Source: an uncultured bacterium (lineage in GTDB: Bacteria > Patescibacteriota > Minisyncoccia > Phycocordibacterales > GWA1-40-21). From it: 62,370 nucleotides of DNA. How positions within the stretch are numbered: position 1 is the first letter of the stretch; each line of letters begins with the position of its first letter. The position numbers and the translations under genes are program-made. Location of the stretch: contig CAIJNK010000022.1 of assembly GCA_903822075.1 (NCBI GenBank), positions 1 to 62,370 of the forward strand, written 5' to 3'. The notes under the pieces are model-generated. The model saw nothing but the letters and a program-made list of their open reading frames with translations, was not told where the DNA came from and made no database searches. Shown here in pieces: positions 1-9,204 of the stretch.

Positions 1-316
1 CAATCTGGGCCGTGGAGTGCTCGGAAACGGTTTGAGCTCAACGATTGGTCTGGCTTGGGATCCGCCAACGAACAACGTTGACGGGACCCCGCTAACCGAC
101 ATTGCTGGCTACAAAGCCTATTGGGGTACGAGCTCCAGAGTTTACCCGCACGTGTTGGATGTTGGCAACGTCACCAGTTGCACAATTACCGGTCTTGATT
201 TTTCGGTCACCAACTACTTTGCCGTCACCTGTTATGATAACTTCGGTGACGAAAGTGACTACAGTGAGGAGCTCTTCGTCAAGCCGGTTGTTCTGATACC
301 GCCTGCCCCACCATAG
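1..316 (+). CDS. C-terminal fibronectin type III domain of a secreted/surface protein (5'-partial)
   Basis: WDPPT..DGTPLTDIAGYKAYWG...YFAVTCYD..ES..S is an FN3 pattern; the frame is open to the left window edge. Confidence 0.75.
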   Translation, partial: NLGRGVLGNGLSSTIGLAWDPPTNNVDGTPLTDIAGYKAYWGTSSRVYPHVLDVGNVTSCTITGLDFSVTNYFAVTCYDNFGDESDYSEELFVKPVVLIPPAPP

Positions 317-331
317 GCAGAATGTTGAGAC

Positions 332-385
332 GCCTAACCTTGTTCCTTTCCACGGACACAAGGTTAGGCCGCCTCTTTTTCTTTA
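332..385 (+). terminator. Intrinsic terminator
   Basis: gcctaaccttgt/acaaggttaggc stem followed by a T-rich tract. Confidence 0.65.
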
Positions 386-408
386 ATTTTAAATTAAAAG
401 TATTTTAG

Positions 409-3400
409 ATGAAAAAAAATATCTTCATATTCATGATTTTCTTTTTCTTATTGACCGGAAGTGCTTCCGCCTCTTCCGGTTGGACAGCCATCACTCCTTC
501 AGAGTGCACCTATAGCACGATAAACACCATCTCGGCTTTTGGTGACTATATATATCTTGGAACGGACAACGGTATTTGCGAAAGTGCCAATGCTGGAACC
601 ACCTGGCTCCAAGTGAATACGGGCCTATCGGCCAATCTAAACGTCACCTCCATTGCCCCGGCTTGGACCTACGACTCCGATCTTTACCAATACACCATGG
701 CTACAACGTCCCCGGTTTTTGCCGGCACGAGCGACGGCGGAGTTTTCCAAAACACTCTAGCGAGCACCACCTGGACAGCGGTTAATTCCGGCTTAGCCAA
801 TCTGCATATAAACAGTTTGGAAATAGACCAACATGAAGCCGTAACCAACGGAAGTGTTCATACAATATATGCCGGCACACCAAGTGGGGTTTCCCGCAGT
901 ACAGATTTAGGGACCACTTGGTCCTCCGTCAATAATGGCCTTGCAGGGAAACAAGTGGTCAAGCTGAGCTCCGACTGGCATAACGGCAATATTTACGCTT
1001 TAACAAATTCCAATGAACTTTATGTCAGCAGTTTAAAATCGACGTCAGGCGTCGATGAAAGTTGGACAACGGCTTTTTCCGACACGGGTACCACCACCAA
1101 AGATGTCTCCGTGCTTACTCCGCTCGGCCGATTCATCTGGCTGGCTACCAATAAGGGAATTCTAAAAAGTGACACCAGTGGAAGCAATTTTACCGATCGT
1201 AGTCTAGGCTTGGCTACGAGCTCGACCCATATCAATAATATCGTCAGTGATTATATCAACTCCAATCTTGCTTATATTTCCACTTCGGATAATGGAGTCT
1301 ACCGAACCACCAACGAGGCAATCCCTGATCAAAGCTCACCGACTTCAACCCCCTTATGGTTACCAATAAACATTGGTTTGCCTGAGCTAAATATCAAACA
1401 AGTCGAAACTAATCCGACTTCATCAACAGACATTTATGCTATTTCTAGCGATAAGGTTTATAAGCTCTCTCTAAATGATAGTGATGACTTGACCCCACCA
1501 AGCACGATTACCGATCTGACGGTGGCTAGTAATACCGCCCAAATGGTCATGCTCAGCTGGACGACACCGGGCAATAATGGATTTTATACGGACAATGCCG
1601 GTACCTATGATTTACGTTTTTCCACCTCATCAACTATTACTGATGATAATTGGGCAAGCTCGACGCCAATGGCCGGCTTACCAACACCTTGGCATGTGGG
1701 AGAAACTGAAATATTTAGTTTCGCCAACACCGCCTGCAATTATTACTCTTGTTATTTTGCGATTAAGACGATTGACTGGAGTGGTAATGCAAGTGCTCTA
1801 TCAAACGTTGTTGCCGTAATTGACGATGTTAAACCAACAATAAATTCCTTTTCGACGCCCACCAGTTACGGCTCACTCATAAACGTCCCTATTACCCTTA
1901 CCGCTTCGGATAATTACGCTGTCTCAGGCTATCTAATCTCTGAATCCTCCAACACCCCGCTCGCAAATGATCCGAGATGGTCTGAAACCGCCACCACTTC
2001 TTACACTTTTACTACACCTGGCGCCAAAACACTTTACGCTTGGGCCATAGACCCGTCAAACAATATCTCGACAAGCAGTGTCGCCACCACCACCGTTTCC
2101 ATTGATACCACTTTACCGATCGTCAGCTCCTTTACGGTTCCAAGCACTTATTCCACACTCAATCTGCCTATAACCACCTTTACAGCGAACGACAACGCTC
2201 AAGTGTCTGAATACCTGATTACCGAAAGCTCCACCACGCCAGCGAGTAACAATCCCGATTGGAGCTCAACCAAACCAACAATCTATATTCTCACTTCCTA
2301 TTCACCCTCTCTACACACACTATATGCCTGGGCGAAGGACAGCACTGGCAATATTTCTGCTCTCAGCGGGAACACCCATACCACAACTTCATACCTGAAC
2401 AGTTCAGATGATGGAAGCATTGTTGTCGATAACCTAAACGCTACTCAGAGTCCAGCGAGCTCTTGGGATACCTCTACTTATGCGCCAGGTTTTTATGGAA
2501 ATAATTATGCACATGACAAAAATGCCAACAAAGGAACAAAATCCATAAAGTTTAACCCAAACATCACCCAAGCGGGCGATTATGCCGTTTACATTTGGTA
2601 TCCACCGACGCCAAATTATCCGGCAGCCACCAATACTCCGATAGACATAAGACATGATTCTGCCACCACCACCGTAATTTACGATGAACGAGTAAATGGC
2701 GGCCAGTGGAATCTGATTGGTAACTATCATTTCGCCGGCACTGGAAACGAATTTGTCTCGGTCCGAACAAATAGTACGACCAACTATGTTTACGCCGACG
2801 CCTTCATGTTTGGAAAAGTCGATTTAACCCCTCCAATTATCACTAATTTTACTGTTCCTGCCACCTACACTTCTCTAACCGTACCGGTAACTATAACCGC
2901 CAGTGATGACATCGGAGTGACTGGCTATCTCCTGAGTGAATACAACGAAGCACCTGATTCGGCGTTCGGGCAAGATGGACACTCTTACGATTGCGATGGT
3001 GAAGAAGATCCGGATGAGTGTTTTTATGCACCTGTTGCCTGGACTGAAAGCGCTCCAACTTCTTATACTTTTTCTTCACTCGGTACAAAAACCCTTTACC
3101 TTTGGGCCAAGGATGCAGCTCTAAATATTTCCAACATGGGAACTGCCAATGTTTCAGTCAACATGCCGGCCTGCACCGCTTTTACTTACTCGACCTGGTC
3201 CGCCTGTGTTAACAACAGCGAGTCACGGACCGTTCTAACTTCGACTCCGGCTAGCTGTTCTGGCGGTCTAGCACCAGCCCTTACCTCAACTTGTAACTCA
3301 GGTGGCGGCGGAGGAGGTGGTGGCGGTGGCGGCGGAGGAAGCCCGGCGCCAATCGTAATCAAGTTATCTACTTCAACTGTTTCCACCACTACCAAGCCCT

Positions 3401-4203
3401 TAGCAACTTCCACATTACTCACCGTGCCTACTGCACCAGCCTATGTCTTTACTCACATAATTAATCCCTACACTACCAGTGAAGACGTTCGCCAATTGCA
3501 AATATTCTTAAATACACATGGTTATATAATTACTTCAACCGGCTCGAGCTCGCCCGGTCACGAAATTACATATTTTAATGACGCCACTAGGCTCGCCCTC
3601 ATCCGCTTTCAGGAGGCCAATGCCGCAGTAATCTTGAAACCAGCTGGTCTAACCAAAGGCACCGGTGTCTTTGGTTTGGGAACAATAAATTATGTAAACC
3701 AGATACTGAGTTCAGAAGTAGTCAGTACAACCGCACCAGCAACCGTCACTATTCCTACCATGTCCATTTGCCAATTTATCAACCTACTCGTGACTATCGG
3801 TGTTATTCCGCCCGAAAAGGCAGCTCTAGTTGCAACTATCACGCAGTGCGGGTCAAACCTGGCACCGGTCGCCGCACCAGCGCCAGTGAGTACAAGTACC
3901 CCACCGATAACCTTACCACCACCGGTTGTTACCCAAACGACAACACCGCCGGCCGTCTTATTGAAAAACTTGACGGTTGGCATGAAAGACCCGGAGGTAG
4001 TCAAATTACAAAATTTCTTAATTAGTCGAGGTTATCTATCTGCCGGTAATAATGGCGGTTTCTATGGCGATTCAACTGTGGCGGCCGTAAAGAAATTCCA
4101 AACACAGTACGGCATTATTAGTTCCGGTACTTTGGACCAAGGTTTTGGTATCGTTGGTCCAGGCACCAGAATTAAAATAAACGAACTGATCGCAGCTAAA
4201 TAA
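409..4203 (+). CDS. Large secreted surface protein: BNR/beta-propeller, FN3/Ig-like repeats, golvesin/xanthan-lyase-type CBM-like domain, Cys motif, poly-Gly linker, peptidoglycan-binding domains
   Basis: Signal peptide MKKNIFIFMIFFFLL..ASA; repeated S.D.G.TW motifs; three (L)YAWA.D Ig-like repeats; GGQWNLIG.Y.F...YADAF; C-terminal V.KLQ.FL...G.YG..T..AVKKFQ. Confidence 0.8.
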   Translation: MKKNIFIFMIFFFLLTGSASASSGWTAITPSECTYSTINTISAFGDYIYLGTDNGICESANAGTTWLQVNTGLSANLNVTSIAPAWTYDSDLYQYTMATTSPVFAGTSDGGVFQNTLASTTWTAVNSGLANLHINSLEIDQHEAVTNGSVHTIYAGTPSGVSRSTDLGTTWSSVNNGLAGKQVVKLSSDWHNGNIYALTNSNELYVSSLKSTSGVDESWTTAFSDTGTTTKDVSVLTPLGRFIWLATNKGILKSDTSGSNFTDRSLGLATSSTHINNIVSDYINSNLAYISTSDNGVYRTTNEAIPDQSSPTSTPLWLPINIGLPELNIKQVETNPTSSTDIYAISSDKVYKLSLNDSDDLTPPSTITDLTVASNTAQMVMLSWTTPGNNGFYTDNAGTYDLRFSTSSTITDDNWASSTPMAGLPTPWHVGETEIFSFANTACNYYSCYFAIKTIDWSGNASALSNVVAVIDDVKPTINSFSTPTSYGSLINVPITLTASDNYAVSGYLISESSNTPLANDPRWSETATTSYTFTTPGAKTLYAWAIDPSNNISTSSVATTTVSIDTTLPIVSSFTVPSTYSTLNLPITTFTANDNAQVSEYLITESSTTPASNNPDWSSTKPTIYILTSYSPSLHTLYAWAKDSTGNISALSGNTHTTTSYLNSSDDGSIVVDNLNATQSPASSWDTSTYAPGFYGNNYAHDKNANKGTKSIKFNPNITQAGDYAVYIWYPPTPNYPAATNTPIDIRHDSATTTVIYDERVNGGQWNLIGNYHFAGTGNEFVSVRTNSTTNYVYADAFMFGKVDLTPPIITNFTVPATYTSLTVPVTITASDDIGVTGYLLSEYNEAPDSAFGQDGHSYDCDGEEDPDECFYAPVAWTESAPTSYTFSSLGTKTLYLWAKDAALNISNMGTANVSVNMPACTAFTYSTWSACVNNSESRTVLTSTPASCSGGLAPALTSTCNSGGGGGGGGGGGGGSPAPIVIKLSTSTVSTTTKPLATSTLLTVPTAPAYVFTHIINPYTTSEDVRQLQIFLNTHGYIITSTGSSSPGHEITYFNDATRLALIRFQEANAAVILKPAGLTKGTGVFGLGTINYVNQILSSEVVSTTAPATVTIPTMSICQFINLLVTIGVIPPEKAALVATITQCGSNLAPVAAPAPVSTSTPPITLPPPVVTQTTTPPAVLLKNLTVGMKDPEVVKLQNFLISRGYLSAGNNGGFYGDSTVAAVKKFQTQYGIISSGTLDQGFGIVGPGTRIKINELIAAK

Positions 4204-4245
4204 AGACTCCTTGCTAATCGTCATGATTTCGGCTAGAATGCCCCC

Positions 4246-4839
4246 ATGCTTGAATACAGTGAAATCGTGGAGCGTAAATATATTATCTTTAACAACGAGC
4301 CTTATGAGGTCCTTTCTTCCCATGTCTTTAGGAAGCAGATGCGGAAACCGGTAAACGCCACCAAACTGCGAAACATGATTACCGGCAAGATTACCGAGCA
4401 AAGTTTTCACCAAGCGGAAAAGGTGGAAGAAGCGGACATCACCACCAAAGAAGCTAAGTTTTTGTATAAAAACAAAGGTGAGTTTTGGTTTGCCGACCCA
4501 AAGGACCCCGCTAAGAGATACAAAATAGATGAAATTTTGATTGGCACACAAGCCAAGTTCCTCAAGCCAAATTCGATTGCTGAAGTATTGGTTTTCAAAA
4601 GTGACGATGATGATGAAGACAGCGATGGCATGATGATTGGTACCAAGCTTCCTATCAAAGTAGAATTAAAAGTAGTAGATGCTCCCCCAGCCATGAAGGG
4701 TGACACGGCCACCGGCGGTTCCAAACAAATCACTCTGGAAACTGGCGCCATCATCAATGCCCCTTTGTTTGTGAATGAAAGTGATACCGTAGTGGTCAAC
4801 ACCGAGACTGGCGAGTATGTCGAGAGAGCAAAGAAATAG
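4246..4839 (+). CDS. efp: Elongation factor P
   Basis: KLRNMITG, ETG..I..PLFV...D.V.VNT.TGEYVER, KGDTATGGSK motifs; TAGAAT at 4234-4239, 6 nt before ATG. Confidence 0.93.
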   Translation: MLEYSEIVERKYIIFNNEPYEVLSSHVFRKQMRKPVNATKLRNMITGKITEQSFHQAEKVEEADITTKEAKFLYKNKGEFWFADPKDPAKRYKIDEILIGTQAKFLKPNSIAEVLVFKSDDDDEDSDGMMIGTKLPIKVELKVVDAPPAMKGDTATGGSKQITLETGAIINAPLFVNESDTVVVNTETGEYVERAKK

Positions 4840-4911
4840 AACCACCCCAGGTTCAGAAGCCGACCCCTTCTTCTAAGAACGGCCGGATTAAATAAATTCG
4901 GACAACATTTT

Positions 4912-4943
4912 AGGCCGGCAAGAGAAACTCTTGCCGGCCTTTT
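4912..4943 (+). terminator. Intrinsic terminator after efp (probably bidirectional)
   Basis: aggccggcaagag-aaa-ctcttgccggcct followed by ttt. Confidence 0.8.
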
Positions 4944-4962
4944 GTGCAATATGCTATCTGCA

Positions 4963-5118
4963 CTAGCGAGCGCAGAGGAACGAAAAGCCGGAAAACGCTA
5001 ACGTCACAAATGCCACAACTGCAGCAAGGCTATAATAACCCTGCGAAATATGATAATCGGCCACCGTAACGCCCAACACAATAGCAACAACTCCACCAAT
5101 AATATAGAGCTTCTTCAT
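4963..5118 (-). CDS. Small 51-aa two-TM membrane protein (not in ORF track)
   Basis: Manual translation MKKLYIIGGVVAIVLGVTVADYHISQGYYSLAAVVAFVTLAFSGFSFLCAR*; GGGAG SD upstream. Confidence 0.6.
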   Translation of the reverse strand: MKKLYIIGGVVAIVLGVTVADYHISQGYYSLAAVVAFVTLAFSGFSFLCAR

Positions 5119-5250
5119 ACTTTATTCTCCCAATAAGGTTTTTTGATCTCTTTCAAGAGTAACACATATCAATCAAAAAGTAAATCCTAAAACGCATTGT
5201 CTTTTTCTAGACAGCAAAATAGCCCTATTTCTAGGGCCATTTTGAAGTGA

Positions 5251-5454
5251 TTATTTGTTTAGATATGGCAGCAAACCCATAAACCTTGCTCTCTTGATAG
5301 CCTCGGAAAGTTGGCGCTGGCTACGAGCAGAGGTAGCGGTTTTCTTGCTACCCATGATGCGGGCATGAGGGTTAAGGAACCTTTTGATCAGATCCATGTC
5401 CTTGTAGTCCACATACTTGATATTATTCTGTGAAAAGAAACATTGTTTTGTCAT
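5251..5454 (-). CDS. rpsR: 30S ribosomal protein S18
   Basis: DYKD.DLIKRF....RI......S..QR.L..AIKRARF.GLLPY; follows rpsF-ssb. Confidence 0.95.
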   Translation of the reverse strand: MTKQCFFSQNNIKYVDYKDMDLIKRFLNPHARIMGSKKTATSARSQRQLSEAIKRARFMGLLPYLNK

Positions 5455-5501
5455 CTTATTTCTTTATTGTTTATAATTATGTTTATTATATTCTATTCGA
5501 C

Positions 5502-5972
5502 TTAGAACGGAATGTCTTCGGGATTAATTTCCTCGGAAGGATATTCAATGGTATCTATCTTGTCTGCTTTGGAATTGGCGGCTTTTGGTCCCCCTTCGGT
5601 CTGGCTTGGCGTATAAGTGCCTCCACCCTGACCAGAGCCTCGCCCGTCTGGACCAAATTGGAAATTCTCCACAATTACCTCAGTTCGGTATTTCTTGGAA
5701 TTAGTAGCCTTGTCATCCCAGCTTCTGGTCTGTAAGCGCCCATCCACAAAGATTCCACTACCCTTCTTCAAGTATTGAGAGATCAATTCCGCCTGCTTGG
5801 CAAAAGCAACAACATTGTGATACTCCGTCGTCTCTTTTTTATTACCGTCCTTATCCTTATAAGTGCGGTTGGTGGCAATGCTGAAATTGGCGACTTTAAT
5901 ACCGGAAGGAAGAGCCTTTAACTCCGGGTCTCTGACCAGATTCCCGTAAAGAAATGCCTTATTGAGATACAT
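5502..5972 (-). CDS. ssb: Single-stranded DNA-binding protein
   Basis: NKAFL.GNL.RDPE, GRLQTRSW, C-terminal EDIPF. Confidence 0.97.
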   Translation of the reverse strand: MYLNKAFLYGNLVRDPELKALPSGIKVANFSIATNRTYKDKDGNKKETTEYHNVVAFAKQAELISQYLKKGSGIFVDGRLQTRSWDDKATNSKKYRTEVIVENFQFGPDGRGSGQGGGTYTPSQTEGGPKAANSKADKIDTIEYPSEEINPEDIPF

Positions 5973-6069
5973 ACTTTGAGATGAGGAATTTTATTTGTTC
6001 TCTCCCCACCGATTAACCCGCCTAAGTTTTTATAAAATAAAAATTTTGGTGGGTAAATAATTTTAATAA

Positions 6070-6570
6070 CTATTCCACCACAAGCTCTTCAATAGACTTG
6101 TCTATATCCTCTAAATCTTTTTTGGAAGATATTTTGGTCTCTTCGGTCTTGATAGACTTCTTGACCTTTGGCGCCTCCTCCTTTCCTGGGGATCGGACGT
6201 TTAACTTTGGCGTATACAAAGTGTTCTCTCTTACGGTCTTAATGAGTAGATAACGAAGCACGTGAGGATTCTGATCCACGGCTTTCTTTATCGATGGCAT
6301 TAGCTCTGACTTAGTCTCGAACTTTAACCAGCCAAAATAGGCTGTGTTAAACTTTTTCTTGGTGTCCGCGACAGACTTGGTCATAGAGTAAGCGAGGTTA
6401 ATAAGCTTTGGTTCGCCTTCACTGACTAGCGATCCTCCATCCTTAAGAACAATTACCTTAAGAGTTTCAACCTCTTTGGGCAAGTTTTCCTCCGCGACGG
6501 TGGAAACTATATGGTAGCCAAGTTCGTAAACCTGACCCCCACCCTCTTCTAATTTTTCGACTTTTTCCAT
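6070..6570 (-). CDS. rpsF: 30S ribosomal protein S6 with charged C-terminal extension
   Basis: YEL.Y, LAY.M.K, AYF.W..F, VLRYLLIK; start reassigned to 6570 because TGCTAATGT lies 7 nt upstream. Confidence 0.9.
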   Translation of the reverse strand: MEKVEKLEEGGGQVYELGYHIVSTVAEENLPKEVETLKVIVLKDGGSLVSEGEPKLINLAYSMTKSVADTKKKFNTAYFGWLKFETKSELMPSIKKAVDQNPHVLRYLLIKTVRENTLYTPKLNVRSPGKEEAPKVKKSIKTEETKISSKKDLEDIDKSIEELVVE

Positions 6571-6602
6571 GTAGGCAACATTAGCATGAAAGGGGTAAAA
6601 TA

Positions 6603-7412
6603 TCAAATGGAAACTCCAAACACTCTTTTAGCGTTTTCCAACAGTTGCAGACGGACGATCTCAGGATCCTCACCCCTGATTTCAGCGATCTTTTTGTAAA
6701 CTTCAATAACATACGAGGGTAGGTTCCGCTCGCCACGGTGAGGCACTGGGGCCACGTAGGGGGCATCTGTTTCAGCTTGGAGACTAGTTAGAGGTACAGC
6801 CTTAATTATTTTATCAAAGTCCTGAACATAGGTAATAAGACCCACAAAAGAGATAGTAAAACCCAAATCAATGAATTTTTGCGCCATTTCCAGTTTCCCA
6901 GTAAAGAAATGAACATCGCCTCGAAAAGAACTTAAACCCCGTTCTTGTTTGATTTTATTCAATATTTCATATGCATCATTGAAGGCTCCACCCCTTACTT
7001 CCCCATCACGGATATGAAGCATGAGCGCTTTGTCATATTTCAGCGCAAATTTTATTTGATTGATAAAATCTTCCTTTTGTTTGGCTTTTATTTTCTCAAT
7101 ATCGCCTTCCAACTTATAATATTCTAACCCGCATTCCCCTATAGCTACCACTTTCGAATTTCTTACCAACTCCTCATAATTTTTCTCAGCAAAAATTTCA
7201 GCCAAATTATGATTTGGATGCAGACCAATGCAGGCCCAAATATCTTCATTCTCCGTGGCCACTTTTACGGCCTCTTTGGAGCTCTCCAAGTCCGCCCCAA
7301 TGGCAATGGTCCCTACCTCGGTCTCTTTCATCCGCTGTATCACTTCCTTTTTATCCGCGCCGTAGTCTTCAAAACCAAGGTGGGAATGGATATCAATGTA
7401 TTTTAGGTTCAT
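6603..7412 (-). CDS. tatD: TatD family DNase
   Basis: DIHSH, IGECGLEY, LHIRD, HFF, ETDAPY motifs. Confidence 0.95.
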   Translation of the reverse strand: MNLKYIDIHSHLGFEDYGADKKEVIQRMKETEVGTIAIGADLESSKEAVKVATENEDIWACIGLHPNHNLAEIFAEKNYEELVRNSKVVAIGECGLEYYKLEGDIEKIKAKQKEDFINQIKFALKYDKALMLHIRDGEVRGGAFNDAYEILNKIKQERGLSSFRGDVHFFTGKLEMAQKFIDLGFTISFVGLITYVQDFDKIIKAVPLTSLQAETDAPYVAPVPHRGERNLPSYVIEVYKKIAEIRGEDPEIVRLQLLENAKRVFGVSI

Positions 7413-7493
7413 TAACCCATTATAGCAAAAACCCCGGTTTTATGTATAATACGGTCTGTTCTTTAATGTCATAACCGAGAAAGGAGGGTAAAA

Positions 7494-7709
7494 GTGACAG
7501 AACTTATTCTTACATACTTACTTCTCAGTCGATTGTTCGGTTTCCGCTGGCAATTCATGGAAGCAAGGATTGACTGGCTCATAGAAAAGGTCAGGCGTGG
7601 ATGGACGAGCACGGAGAAGATAAAGTTAGTAGTAACGCTGGCTTTAGCCCTTGAACTTAGAATCCTGATTCACCGGAAAAATAGTATACTGCGGGAATAT
7701 CTGCGGTGA
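7494..7709 (+). CDS. Orphan hypothetical protein with own promoter, SD and terminator
   Basis: TGTATAAT 7443-7450, AAGGAGG SD, GTG start, terminator 7713-7740. Confidence 0.55.
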   Translation: MTELILTYLLLSRLFGFRWQFMEARIDWLIEKVRRGWTSTEKIKLVVTLALALELRILIHRKNSILREYLR

Positions 7710-7712
7710 GAT

Positions 7713-7740
7713 GGCGTTTGTGGAGACAGACGCCTTTTTT
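7713..7740 (+). terminator. Intrinsic terminator
   Basis: ggcgtttgt-ggag-acagacgcc-tttttt. Confidence 0.7.
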
Positions 7741-7746
7741 AATTCT

Positions 7747-9201
7747 TTAATCTTTGCGTAGAAAAAGCGGAGCGGCTGGACTTTTATTAGCCTTAACTAA
7801 ATCTTTAATTTTTTTGGATGTCTCCGGCATAATAGGATTCAACATCCGGCCGATGGTGTAAAGGCGAGTCACCAAGTCTTTGATTATCTCCACCCCTTTT
7901 TCCTTGTCGGTCTTAACCAGCTTGAACGGCTGAGTTTCCTGAATCATCTTGTCCGCCTCGGCAATTTTCTGCCAAATCAGATCCGTGGCTTTTTGAATTT
8001 CGAACTTCTCCAGCAAATCAAAAAATTCCTGAGGGATAGTTTTCTCCGGTACAGTCACCGGTTCGCTTAAGTTGGTTTCGGCCATTTTCATTACTCTGGA
8101 GATCAAGTTCCCTAGACCATTGGCCAGATTAGCGTTATAAGCTTCTTTAAACATTTCGGCGGTCATGGCGGTATCCTCAAAAGAGCTGAGCTCGCGAGTC
8201 ACATAATAACGCATGGCATCCGTGCCGTAGACCCCAATATGATCAACGGGGTTAATGCCATTGCCCATGGACTTACTCATTTTTATACCCCCCGCCCCGG
8301 TCACAAAACCGTCTATAACCACGGTCTTGGAATTAGGCAGACCGGCCGCCAAAAGCATGCTTTGCCACATGGCGGTTTGCTGACGTAAATTATCCTTACC
8401 ACAGTACTGCACCATACCACCAGTTTCTACCTGCCATTTAGTGAACTTCTCCAGGTCAGCTGGCCAGCCAATGGCCGAGATATAATTTACCAGAGCATCA
8501 AACCAAACATACATCACTTGCGTAGAATCATTTGGCACTTCTATTCCCCACGGCATCTTAGCTTTTAACCGAGAAATGCTGAAATCTGAAAGACCAGCTT
8601 CCACAAAATTCCTTATTTCCTTGAAGCGAAAATTGGGGGCAACGAAATCAGGATTCTTATCATAAAATGCCAGTAACGGTTTCTGAAATTCGGAAAACTT
8701 GAAAAAATAGTTTTCTTCGTCTCGGATTTCTAATTCCCGATTCGGATGATCCGGGCAACAGCCGTTCACCAAATCGGAATCGGTTTTTTCGAGCTCGCAA
8801 CCGACACAATATTTTATCTGATAATTTTTTTTATAGATAAAACCGTTCTTATCACATAATTGCCAGAAAGCCTGAGCTGATTTAACATGAGAAGCATCCG
8901 TGGTTCGGATAAAATTACGAGTGATCCCCTCCGTTTCCACCACGCCAAGTAGTTTTAATAGGTCTTGAAATTTCTCCGCATAAAAAGCGGTATAGGCTTC
9001 GGGCGTTTGTTTATTCTCCAAGGCTTTTTGATATATTTTCTGTCCATGCTCGTCCGTACCGGTATTAAAAAAAACTTCAAAGCCGATCAGTTTCTTGTAG
9101 CGAGCAATCACGTCAGCTCGGACTATCTCCAAAGCGTGCCCCATGTGCGCTTCCGCATTCACGTACGGAAGAGTGGTAGTAATGTAAAAATTTTTTGGCA
9201 T
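7747..9201 (-). CDS. metG: Methionine--tRNA ligase (short form)
   Basis: YITTTLPYVN..HMGH, YCVGCE knuckle, KMSKS. Confidence 0.97.
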   Translation of the reverse strand: MPKNFYITTTLPYVNAEAHMGHALEIVRADVIARYKKLIGFEVFFNTGTDEHGQKIYQKALENKQTPEAYTAFYAEKFQDLLKLLGVVETEGITRNFIRTTDASHVKSAQAFWQLCDKNGFIYKKNYQIKYCVGCELEKTDSDLVNGCCPDHPNRELEIRDEENYFFKFSEFQKPLLAFYDKNPDFVAPNFRFKEIRNFVEAGLSDFSISRLKAKMPWGIEVPNDSTQVMYVWFDALVNYISAIGWPADLEKFTKWQVETGGMVQYCGKDNLRQQTAMWQSMLLAAGLPNSKTVVIDGFVTGAGGIKMSKSMGNGINPVDHIGVYGTDAMRYYVTRELSSFEDTAMTAEMFKEAYNANLANGLGNLISRVMKMAETNLSEPVTVPEKTIPQEFFDLLEKFEIQKATDLIWQKIAEADKMIQETQPFKLVKTDKEKGVEIIKDLVTRLYTIGRMLNPIMPETSKKIKDLVKANKSPAAPLFLRKD

Positions 9202-9204
9202 AAT

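Noticed and set aside
3299-3340. GGN tandem repeat
   Set aside because: Encodes the poly-Gly linker of the surface protein; not an independent repeat element.
5973-6085. Possible third gene-end element between rpsF and ssb (GGTGG repeats, GGCGGG)
   Set aside because: Matches are only 5-7 nt and there is no C(AGCA)G hairpin; not distinguishable from chance.
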